Part shown: piece by piece, positions 22,460 to 34,149 of the stretch
Numbering within the stretch: position 1 is the stretch's first letter
How the letters are laid out: each line of letters opens with the position of its first letter
Assembly (NCBI GenBank): GCA_964016885.1
Contig: OZ024740.1
Span: 250,418,001-250,482,000, forward strand
Length of the DNA stretch: 64,000 nucleotides
Source of the DNA: Eledone cirrhosa
Taxonomy: Eukaryota
Reading direction: 5' to 3'
Notes under the pieces: model-generated
Databases searched by the model: none
What the model saw: the letters and a program-made list of their open reading frames with translations, nothing else
What the model was told of the DNA's origin: nothing
Position numbers and translations under genes: made by a program

Positions 22460-24400
22460 AGAAAATGATGATCAGTGGGACCATGCATTGACTGAAGCAT
22501 CAGTGTCAGATTTGCCAAGGAAACTCTGTAATTAGCAGTCCCCTACAGCTTTGGATGAAACATCAAAAGGACATGGCAGGGGACTTAAAGTATGCAGTTC
22601 AACAGGCAAACCCAGGTATCAATATTCAGTTCTTTGAAGAAATTTTCTATCAAGCATTGATTGAAATTGCAGATCAATTTTGGCCATGAGGGGTATATAA
22701 GAATTTGTAAGTGTCTGGTTCTGGACTGCCAAAAACAAACCATCAAATTAGTGGTTTAACTCCAAGAGAGTTTGCAAGCAAGACAAATTATGACATCACA
22801 AAGTTGGCTACATTTGTGAATGAACATGAGCCTAAACCTCTTCCAGAACAATGCTGGGCATATTTTGAAATCATTTTGTCAGTCAGAGGAATTTTCTTTC
22901 TTCATGCTCCATGTGGCACAGGTAAAGCATTTGTAACAACTTTGCTTCCCTTCAAGGTAAGGCAGCAAAAAAGAATTTCACTTGCTTAGCATCATCTAGC
23001 ATAGCTGTCACCCTTCTCCCAGGAGGATGAACAGCTCATTCTGCTTTTAAATTACCGCCAAATCTGGTAACAAATGACAGTACAATTTGTAACATAAGCA
23101 AAGGCTCGGGTTTAGCAGAAGTTTGCGCCAATGTCACCTGATCATTTGGAAAGTATGCACATAGAGGAGCAATGGACGCTCTTGATAAGACTTTACAGGA
23201 AAGGAGTTACATTAGTTTTATCAGGAGACTTCAGACAGACATTACCAGTCATTCCGAGAGGAACAAGACCTGGTAAAATAAAAGCATGCATTAGGTCTTC
23301 GCAGCTATGGAATAAAATACAGAATTTCTCCTTCAATACTAACATGCAAGCTTTATTACACAGGGACCAATGTACAGAACAGTTCTCAACCTGACTCCTT
23401 CAATTAGGAAATGGGGAATTACCAATTGATAGGAATGGTTGTATCAACTTGGCTCATATTGCTATCATAGTGGATTCACCAGCTGAATTGAAGAACAGGG
23501 TATTTCCAGACTTAAATAATCCTTATAATTCACACAAGTGGTTGTGTGAAAGGGCAATTATTGCTAAAAAAAAAATTAGACAATGGTAAGGATTAACCAT
23601 GAGCTAATGAATAAGATTCCAACAGTCATTAAGAAGTACAAATCAGTTTATTCAGCCCTTGATGAAAATCAAGCTGTCCACTACCCTACAGAGTTTCTTA
23701 ATTCTCTTGAGTCACCTGGAACTCCTCCACATAAACTTTTCCTGAAGTTTGGAGTCCCAATAATGCTTCCAAGAAATTTAGATCTTCCTAAACTATGCAA
23801 TGGGACAAGGTTGATTTTGAAGATATTATCACCTAATGTGATAGAAGCTACCATCATCACTGGATGTGCCTTTGGGGAAGAGGTTTTCATTTCAATAATT
23901 CCAATGAAACCAACGGACATGCCATTTGAGTTCAAACTAACACAATTCCCAGTCTATGTTTGCTTCGCAATGTCTATCAATAAAGGTGGAGGTCAGACTT
24001 TGAAATCTACTTGCTTGCACTTAAATTAGCCTTGCTTTTCTCATGGTCAACTTTACTCTGGTTGTTCTAGGGTGCGTTGTTTATAAGACTTATTTATCTA
24101 TGCTCCGAACCAGAAAACAAAGAATGTTGTTTACCCAGAAGCTCTTAAGTAATTTCCTTCAACCCTTGCAAGCAGGGAAAAGCGGACGTAAAATGATGAT
24201 GATGATATGTAATACAATTTATCTCCATAAAAGTGATAAATTTTGTATTTTTATTTTTTATTAATTTTTGTATTATGAATTCAGAATTGATTTCATCATG
24301 TACCTGAAGAATAAATGGAATTTAGAATATCAAATTGCTTTCTTCTTCTAATATATAAGGAACACTTTTATTCCCGAGCAATGCCAGGTGCCTCTGTTAG
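22460..24400 (+). mobile_element. Decayed Helitron 3' part (PIF1-family helicase)
   Basis: APCGTGK Walker A, SGDFRQTLPV, PKLCNGTRL, QFPV..CFAMSINK..GQTL and HGQLY motifs. 3' hairpin and terminus cccgagcaatgccagg...gttag at 24373-24400. Confidence 0.88.
24162..24206 (+). mobile_element. 45-bp RTE-A tail inserted in the Helitron
   Basis: acccttgcaagcagggaaaagcggacgtaaaatgatgatg, identical to the tail of the 2601-5421 copy. Confidence 0.85.
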
Positions 24401-24844
24401 AGAGCCTGCAGTTGGCCCTTTATCTATTTGTCTGTGTGCCAGTCTGTCATACAAAGAGCTTTGTTGTGGTAACCTATCTTGCTAAAAATGACAGTGAAAT
24501 AAAACATTAGCTTCTACAACACACACACATTGATTTGTACCTCTCTATGTATTACTCTTTCTGTCTCTATGTATTCCTATCTATCTATCACCAAGTATAG
24601 AAAGCATTCTCCAAAGGAGAATGAATTGGATTTGTCTAGTATATGTATATAAACCTCATTCATTACCCCCAAAATTGTTACCTATTTAAAGTGTTCCTAT
24701 TTAAGTAAAAATCTTACAATGTAATTTGAAGAACATTTTCTTAAGTGGTTACCATCTTAATAACTAAAAAATTAATAATTTCAGTAAATCCTTCCAACTT
24801 TTTCATTAATTAATTGAAATACACTGTATTTCTTACGGAATCAA

Positions 24845-25510
24845 TAATATCAGAGATAATAACAAAATCAATTATTGATCTCTGTTCCTGATTCCCCTTC
24901 CCCTTATACCATGTATATTTATGGATGTCTCTGTGGTGGAAAAAGGTGTTCATATTAGAAAGTCCATTTCTAGAACAGAAGTTTAATAAGGCTTCTCCAT
25001 TCATATTTAGATCGGTGTCACCGTTCCTTCCAATCACTCCTGTCAGGTGGTCAGTGCCAACATGTATATCGAAGTCTCCTATCAGGATATATGACTCAGT
25101 CTTAATTACATCTAACATTGCAGTGACGTTATCAAAGAAGGACCTGTATTCGGACTCCTTGTTTGCTGCATAAACTTGCACCACCCCCCAGAGACCTATC
25201 TTTCAGCCTAAGCTTCATGAGACAAATCCTCCCTCCTAATGGACTCCAGTCCATAACACATTCTGACAGCTGGGGCCTTTTGAGTATCCCCACTCCTAAC
25301 TATGCAATTTCTGATGCCACTCCTGAAGAGTGGAGTTTCCATCCTCCATTCAAATTTACAGTATCAGAGCCATGGAACTTTGAGGAAACCCTGACTATAT
25401 CTAGCTGGCAGCTCCTAGCCTCCTCTACTAGTTCCTGCTCCTTACCTGTAAGGGTTGTGATGTTCCACTTGTCAAGGTTTTCTCCCTTTTGGATCCTCTT
25501 TGGGGCCTCA
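24845..25510 (-). pseudogene. APE endonuclease remnant of another RTE-like LINE
   Basis: WNITTLTGKEQELVEE, VQVYA, GDFDIHVG, NTFFHHRDIHKYTW, SIIDFV. Confidence 0.85.
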
Positions 25511-26511
25511 GGATACACAGTTGTAGAATGTGGAATGACACATTTAATTAAAATAAAATGGTGTCCCTCTTCCCTTGATGCACTATACATGTATTTACTT
25601 TGCTTAATAGTTAATCCAGCCCTTAGTCCACGCTATGTATATGTGTGAGTGTATGTAAAATAGTTCCAACCAAGAACTGAAATATGTTAGTGGAGTAACC
25701 AGATCACTTAGAAATTTCCATAAAACTAAGTTTGAGTTGAACAGACTGGAATGGTTAAACCATAAATAAAAACAAAAACAAAACAAAGCTTACATCTGCT
25801 TTATCAGAGCTGACATTGGTAAAAAACAACAACTAAAAAAAAACAACAATTATAACTATCACTCAATACAACCATTGTTTTCTGAGGTCATTCAAGGACA
25901 CTAACCCCAACACTTTCACATATCTCCTCTCAAATTAAGCTGAATAAAATCTTGTTTTATTCCATTACTGATTTATGATGTAATTCTGTCACACAGGTAT
26001 CTTTCCATTTATTATTCCTGTCATCATAATAACAATCACTTTCTATGGATATGAGCCTAATGGGCTGATACCACACTGTTTCCCTGTCACCTGATCTATC
26101 AACATCAACATTATCATCATTTTACATCTACTTTCCATGCTGGCATGGGTTTGATAGGTTGTCAGAATCCCTGTTGGTTCTTAATCGATATTACCACCCT
26201 TCTGGATAGGTCAGAGGACCATGTCTCACTTGTATGTCCTATATTTGGAATAGTTTCTATGCTTAGATGCCCTCTCTTTCAACAAACATCTTATAGAGTA
26301 TATTGGACCTATTTTATCATGACACCAGCACTGAAGTAGTTGTTATGCCCTCAGCAGGACTAAGGTGTTTTCTCAAACTTATGTTGTCTCCACTAGTTTG
26401 CTAGTGGTATAAACCTTGCACCAAGCATTGCATGCAGTTCTTCAGATTGAGGACTTCTATCTCATAGAACTCTTTTCTCTTTTATATGACCAGATCCAAC
26501 CCTAAACTTAC

Positions 26512-26669
26512 TTTAACTCTTCAAATCCAAAATTCTGAGAAGCCATAGGATATGTACTGTCCCCATCATCATCACATCTGCTTTTCCACACTGCCATGCA
26601 TTGATTAAACAGTTTTAGGCAGTTTAAGGCCACATACTCATTGCTTTTTAGTATGGTACTGATTTTCAT
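26512..26669 (-). CDS. Candidate host coding exon, unknown gene
   Basis: ttctacag acceptor, AA|gtaagt donor, one open frame (MKISTILKSNEYVALNCLKLFNQCMAVWKSRCDDDGDSTYPMASQNFGFEEL). Not repeat-like. Confidence 0.4.
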
Positions 26670-26795
26670 CTGTAGAATTACTAACTTGTAAGGTATATGC
26701 AAATGGCACTAGTATTTTTAGGCAGCATCAAATTGAAAATGGATATGGAAACACATGCACTAATGCACATACCACCATCACGATTATCAACATTT

Positions 26796-27070
26796 TCATC
26801 ATCATCATTATTTAACGTCCATCTTCTATGCTAGCATGGGTTGGATGGGTTTGTCCCACTTGAGGCAAAATTGGTCGGGTGACTGTGTCTCACTCATACA
26901 GAACTGTTTCTGGCAGGTTTTCTAGGGCTGGATGCCCTTCCTAACACCAACCACATTTACAGTGTAGACTGGGAGCCTTTTTACTGTGTCTCCTACTCAA
27001 CCACTTTACAGTGTGGACTGGGTGGTTTTTGTTGTGTCACCTACATGACCACTTTACAATGGACGGAAGT
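26796..27070 (-). mobile_element. RTE-tail non-autonomous element
   Basis: (cat)n, tttaacgtccatcttctatgctagcatgggt, two 48-bp units. Confidence 0.75.
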
Positions 27071-27505
27071 GGGAGGATGTAGTAAGGGGTGTGTGGTGTG
27101 GTGGGGTAGGGTATATATTAAGTTGTATATTTGTGTCTGCTTTTCCATGCTAGCATATTGGTTGGACAAGGCAGTTTTTCTACAATCAAATTCCCTTCCT
27201 GATGCTAACCTGTATATGTATAAATGATAATTTTAGGAATGTTGACTTGTACAATCATATATAACAACTGAAGAGCCCTTCCTAACACCAACCACTTTAC
27301 AGAGTGTATTGGGTGCATTCCATATAAACAGAAAATCTGCTGCTCACAAGATATTGGTCAACTCAAAGCTATAGTAGAAGACAAATGCCCAAAGTGGTAT
27401 GCACACAGAGAGCCCCCCCCCCCCCCAAACACACACACATAGATAAGCCCCCTCCCAAAAATCTAGTACATTACCCCTCGCATTTCTACACTCTCCAGCA
27501 ACTTA

Positions 27506-28426
27506 CCGTATATACTCGTATATAAGCTGAGAAATATGTGACAAAAAAAAAAATTGATAGTAAAATGGGGTTGACTTATATTCGAGGTCAATATTTTGCT
27601 GATTTTCACACATACATACATGTTTTTTTCTGACTTAATAATACTTCTTTTTTCAATCTTACATAAGACTGAAATCTTCTGACTTGTGTTCTATTGCTCT
27701 CACTCTCTCTGCCTTCTCCCTCATGCCCTCTCTTTTTCTAGCTCTACCTCTCCTCTCTCTCACTTGCTGTGTATCCCTCCCACATCTACTCTATGAATCT
27801 CAATACAATGTTCTCTTATTCAATCTCTTGCTTTCAAAGTACTTCCAGCATGTGAATGGCCAGAAGAAAACAAAAATTCGAGAAATTTGTTGAAATTTTG
27901 TAAAACAGATGAAATGGTAAAAAATCATTACATAATGGACTTCTGAAACAAAAACTATATTCTACATTTTAAACACAAAATATTTTAAACTTGTGAGAAT
28001 TTCACAGAGTACCCGACCTCCCGTGGGTACAAGCAGAAGCTTATAGACAATATGACCCCACACCCTTCCACTGCAAAGTGGTCGTGGAGGTGCCAAGGCA
28101 AAAAAGCACACAGCCCACACTGTAAAGTGGACGTGTAGGCGGCATGGAAAAAAGCACCCAACATTCACTGTAAATGAGGTTGGTGTTAGGAAGGGCATCC
28201 AGCTGTAGAAATCAAGCCAAAATCAGTTCCTGTATGAGCAAGGCATGGTCAGCCAACCAGACACTGCCCACAACAGGACAACCCATCTAACCCATGCTAG
28301 CATGGAAGAACGGACGTAAAACGGTGATGATGATGATGATTAGCTGCCATGGCTTACAAATGAGGTTTAGCCATAAAATAGGCGGTTGACTGATAATTGG
28401 ACTGACTTATATTCAAGTATATGCTG
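27506..28426. mobile_element. pogo/Tigger-like MITE carrying an RTE-B 3' insertion (28010-28340)
   Basis: TIRs ccgtatatactcgtatataag and cttatattcaagtatatgctg, with TA on both sides. Confidence 0.6.
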
Positions 28427-29121
28427 TAAATCCTGCTGTAAATTCTACTACTACTACCAAAAAATTAAAAAAAGCGCACTCACAAAATTCATCATGTGTG
28501 TACCTCTATCATCACATTTCCCCTACTATTCCCATCACAATTAACAAATTACCATATTTGATGGATTATATGACCCCACCCACTACTGATCTTGGGGACA
28601 AATTCTAAAATAAAATAAAATAAAATAAAAAACAACATCAATAAATAAATACACAGATAGGTATAACAGTGTAACAACAAGACTGAAAGACAATAACAGT
28701 AGAAAATAATATGATTGACATATGGCAGTGTCATGATTTAATTCTGTTATTATTTATCAATCTATTTTGTTCCAACATCTTTGAGAGAAGTATGTAAAAT
28801 ATATAATATGAGCTACATTCCGATAGAAAGATTGCACAAGTACATACATGTTTCTTATTAAGTGTGTATGTGGACATAGCCTGGCTAACTAGTTAAGAAA
28901 TTCACTTCCTAATCATATGGTCTAGGGTTTGATCTCACAGCTTAGTTTATTGAACAAGTGTCATTTACCATAGCCTCAGGTGAACTAAAGTTTTGAGAGT
29001 AAAACTGGGTCGGCAAAAACTATTTGACAGCCTGTCGGATGGACTGTACCTGTAATTCAAAGGTCTAAGCCTTGTCATACTGACCTTGAGAATTATGTTA
29101 AGAGTATATGTGTCTGAATAG

Positions 29122-29290
29122 ACGGTGAATTGGCAGAGTCATTAGAATGTTGGATAGAATGTTTTTCAGTATTCATTCCAGCTCTCTGCTAAGTTCAAAT
29201 CCCACCGAGGTCAACTTTGCCTTTCATCCATTTGAGGTCAATAAAAAAAGTACCAGTCCAGTACAAGGTTGATTCTTCTTCTATATCTCT
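29122..29290 (+). mobile_element. SINE with an inverted partner at 29850-29985
   Basis: aagttcaaatcccaccgaggtcaactttgcctttcatcc. The end gtaccagtccagtacaagggttgattcttctt is inverted at 29853-29884. Confidence 0.75.
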
Positions 29291-29516
29291 TTCCCCACTT
29301 CCTCTTTCTCATACTTTCTATCCTTCTCTGAAAGAAATTTGCTGATGGACTCCACCAGGCTTTCAAATGCCCAATAAATGCTGTATGTCACTACAGAACC
29401 TCTACAACTCCACGAAGAGTTACGGGACCATACATGCATATGTATCTGTGGGATCTCAGCCATTTGCATGTTCATTTCATAAGCATGCTGACAACTGAAA
29501 CTGTCATTGTCCAAAA

Positions 29517-29707
29517 CATAGTTCATGTGGACCACCAACGGTCCAAAGCATAGTTCAATTGGACCACCTGTTGTTCACAGCATGGTTCAAGTGGACTACA
29601 AACAGTCTAAAGCATGGTTCAAGTGGATCCCCATTGGTTCACAGCATGGTTCAAGTGGGCCACCAATGACTCACAGGATGGTTTAAGTGGACCACCAATG
29701 GTTTCGG
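29517..29707. repeat. 32-bp tandem repeat x6 with an internal hairpin
   Basis: Units start at 29517, 29549, 29581, 29613, 29645 and 29677. Consensus catggttcaagtggaccaccaatggttcacag. Confidence 0.9.
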
Positions 29708-30837
29708 CAAGTCATAGGATCAGGGAAGTTACTATTTTTTTTGCATGATACAATCTAAAACCTAAACCAGTTAAAAATTAAGACATTTTAACCCTCTCCA
29801 GGTTATAACACAGTCAATGTCTTCTAGAGAAAGAAAGAAATAGAGAAAGAGAAGAAGAATCAACCCTCGTATTGGACTGGTACTTTATTCATCTACTTTG
29901 AAAGAATGGAAGGCAAAGTAGATCTCAGTAGAATTGAGTACATTGAAGATTTTTATTCTGACACTCTAACAACTCTACCATTTCATCATTTTAATGCAAT
30001 TAAAAATAAATTTATATTTGATGGTCCATGAAGTTTTTTTTGTGAATTATGTGGTTAACCTTCGAAAATCATGCATCACTGTTTAAGATGATAGGATGTG
30101 ATCTGAAAAAGATTTGGCTGCTTTCTAAACTTTTAATATTAGTGACACACATTTTACAAATAATAATTTTTATGATACATTAAGTTTTGTTAGCGATACA
30201 AAATTAATGAAATTAATAAACAATTAAAAATCATGTCATAAGTTAAGTGTCTAACTGTACACAGAGTTGTCAGGTCTCAAAAAATATACTTCATAGATAA
30301 ATATAAAAGAGAATTATCTGATTTGTATATATATGTAAATCGAATGATTCAATTTGATACACCATGGTCAGTTTTGACTTAATTTCACAACACACCTAGA
30401 GATAAAATCTGTAACGCACTAAAGTGTTGCCATACACAGTTTGGAAATCTTTGTAAAAAATCTCCTTGTTAGTTTGCATAAGTTCTGTTGATCGTTATAA
30501 TGATGGTAGTAGAGTCTTCTTGCTTGCTGGGTGACATTCTAGCAAAACATAGCTAAACTACTTATGGTGCTTACACATACATTAATATTTTTGAATTAAA
30601 TCATACCTTTCTTCAAGAAATGGAAGGAAAATAGAATGAAGGAAACAGAAAGGGAAAATATCTATTTCTCTCTCTCTCTCTCCCTCTCCCCCTCTCTCTC
30701 TCTCTCTCTCTCTCTTTCTTATACACATAGACAAGAAACAATAAAAACACCTTCCATCCCTAACCTGTTAAAATTAGGAGCAGGTTGAAACTAGTAAAAT
30801 TATAAAATATATGCTACCATTGTATATACACACACAC

Positions 30838-30870
<33 letters not shown>

Positions 30871-30875
30871 TACAG

Positions 30876-30923
<48 letters not shown>

Positions 30924-31721
30924 ATATACATCATACATACATACATACATACATACATACATCAGATAGAAAAACAACAATATTACTAAACGGACTACCG
31001 TCTGTTTAGGATACATATATATATATAATATAAAGCACTGTGAAACTAAAAGTAAAAGTAAATGTGGCAAGAGTCTGGAAATGGTATAGAGTAGATAGAT
31101 CCCTTTTGCAGTGGAGAAGACAACCTCCTAGTGATGGCATCAGAATGAATGTACTTAGTACCCAACCCATGAAAGTTTTGGGGAACAATATAAAGTAAAA
31201 TGAATCTTCTGACTCAGTCGAGAAACTGATAATCCATGCAGTGTCCATGCCGTAATAGAATGCACTAACTACACTTTGTAAAGTGGACAGCAAACAAACA
31301 AAGACAATCTGGTTGTGCATGACAACCTCTCTTGTACACCTTATAAAGAGGTAGTGTTGCTGTCATGATAAAACACACCTAATACACTCTGTAATGTGGT
31401 AGTGCTGGTGCCATGATAAAATGTATCTGGTACATTCTGTAAGGTGGTTGGTATTAGAAAGGGCATCCAGATGTAGAAATCTTGCGAAATATGGAACATA
31501 TGAACAAAATAAGGTTTTTCCGATTTGTCTAGTCTCTGACTATGACAACCCATGCAAGCATGGAAAATGGATCTAAAATTATAATAATGATGATGATGAT
31601 GATATATATATATGTAAAAATATCTTCTCTGAATCATTTTGAAGCCATTTTCAATTTTCAATCTTCACAACTTTTCCTCCATAACAACATTTCATGAAAA
31701 TTCATTTATATCCATCTAAGA

Positions 31722-33938
31722 CAGGGGTGTGCAAACAATGGCCTGCCAAGCAGTTTTGTGCATTCCACGAATTAATTTAAAAAATCAAAATCAAAAAATT
31801 TTCGTATATAATACTTAATCCGAGACTAGATCTAGTTATGTTTTTGTACCAGAGAGAGCAGAGAGACAGAGGGCAGGAGTGATAATTCTATTTCAAATAA
31901 CAGGCACAACATAACAGCTGTGCATGCTCAGCTGTTGACATCTGCATTTTGTTTCCACAACAACGCCATGACATAATTTCTTCTGACCGTAATAATGACT
32001 TCTGCTAAAAAACGGCAAAATTGACCAAGAATATTGTGTATTCCAAAAAGATTGGCTACACAAGTATTTCTTTACCAGTGCCGAGAATAAAGCAGTGTTT
32101 GCTCTGTTCAAAGAGTACAACTTAAAGCGACATCACCAAACAAAACACGAGGGTTTTGGTCTCAATATGTCCAATGAAGAACGGAGAAAGGCAATGGATT
32201 TTGTGACAAAACTGAACAAGCAAAAAACTATGTTTACAAAACTATTGTCGCATTATGAGAGTGCTGTAGAAGCAGGTTTTATTGTAGCATACAATCTTGC
32301 AAAAAATAACAAACCATTCTCAGATGGAGAGTTTCTAAAACAATGCATGATGGATTGTGCAAGCATTGTGTGCCCTGGCGTGAAAGGTAAATTTGAAAAC
32401 ATTTCATTATCAAGACAGACGATTGTATGACACATTGATGTAATAAGTAACGAGTTAACTCAACAACAGATTTTGTATGGTACTCTGTAGCTCTAGATGA
32501 GAGTACTGACATCCAAGACACTGCTTAGTCATCTTCATTCGTGGAGTGAAAAAGAATTTTCATGTCACAGAAGAACTCCTTTCACTAAAGCCCATCAAAA
32601 TCACAACAACAGGTCAGGATTTGTTTGAATGTGTGGTCAATTTTGTTGATAAAAATGCGTTATCGTGGGATAAGTTGGCAAGAGCGACAACAGACTGTGC
32701 CCGGGCATTAACAGGAAAAATGTGGGCATTGTGAAATTCATTGAAAATAAAATCAGAAAAGGCCATCCTAATCATGCCATGTGGTCTTTCCATTGCATTT
32801 TGCACCAAGAGAGCCTGTGTAAAGCTGCACTGAACTTGAAGCATGTGGTAGATCAGATGGTAAATGTAGTAAATTCTATTAGGACAAGGGCACTGAATCA
32901 CCGACAGTTCAAATCTCTGCTAGAAGACAGAGGCTGAGCATGGAGTACTTTACCACAACAATGTGCAGTGGTTGAGCCTGGGCAAAGTGCTGAAGGGAGT
33001 GTGGGAGTTGCGAGAAGATACTCTTCTCTTTCTGGACATGAAGGTGGTTTCTTGTGACTTTGTAACTGGAGATATGAAGATATGAACTAATGTTTACAGT
33101 TGACATTTTTGATAAACTAAATGACCTGAATGTGAAATTGCAGCAAAAGCATCTGTTTGCTCATATGTACAAGCATATTGAGTCTTTTCAGGCAAAACTT
33201 GTCCAGGCAAGCAGGTTCTGCCATTTTTCTTTATTAGGGAAGGAGAAAGGTCTTCTCAAAGATCATGCATCAGTTGATTAGTTTAAAGGAGGAGTTTGAA
33301 AGAAGGTTTACATATTTAAAAAAGATTGAGCCTGAATTCAATTTAACTTTCCCTTTCACTGCTGATGTTGATGCAGCACCTGAATAGATACAGCTTGAAC
33401 TAATTGACATGCAAGCAAATCACTCGTTGAAAGAAATGTTTCATTCTGTGCCATTAATAGAGTATTACAAGTCACTTTCAGATGAAAAATGTCCATGTTT
33501 GAGAAGCTTTGCTGCCAGATTGTTTTCTATTTTGGAGTCAACTTACATCTGTGAACAGAGATTTTCCTGTCTTAAAATAAACAAGTCCAAGAACAGATCC
33601 ATGATTTCACACACAAACCTGCATCCAGTGCGGAGAATTTCTACTAGCAACTTTGTACCAGGTTTTAAAAAGATTGTAACAAATTGTGACCAGTTGCATT
33701 TGTCTCATTAAATTGCTTGTTCTGGTGTGTTTTGTGATGTACAGACACAAATTAAAAGAAAATTTTGTTTTAAGACTTTTGTATTTAATAATTTTATTAA
33801 TTTATGTATTATAATGATGCAGTTTATATTTTATATTTTCTAAATTCTAACTGAAGAAAAGTAAGAAAATGGTGCAGCACTCTGGTGTTCATGACCTAGT
33901 CAATGTGGCCCCCGATCCAAAAAGTTTGCCCACCCTTG
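31722..33938 (+). mobile_element. Full-length decayed hAT transposon (SPIN/Charlie, GTF2IRD2-like transposase)
   Basis: TIRs CAGGGGTGTGCAAAC and GTTTGCCCACCCTTG. 8-bp TSD atctaaga/atttaaga. Motifs KEYNLKRHH, KPFSDGEFLK, ALDESTD, HCILHQESLC, STYICEQRFS. Confidence 0.93.
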
Positions 33939-34149
33939 ATTTAAGACGCTAGTCAGCAAATTCAATCATTTATCTCATCATTTACTTCCCACCCACCCCC
34001 ACAAACCCCCTTAGATTCATAGACCAATCAAACCACAGCAATATGAATATATTTTCATCCACTATCCACAACAATAACTGCTACTACTACTGCTATTATC
34101 TTTCCTATTCTTCTTGGAGAATTTTGTTTATTGTTTATTACGGATGGGC

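Noticed and set aside
22711-24029. Host PIF1 gene
   Set aside because: Intronless, with stops and frameshifts and a Helitron-type 3' end, so it is a transposon relic.
29517-29707. CRISPR array
   Set aside because: The variable parts are short and homologous to each other, so this is a tandem repeat.
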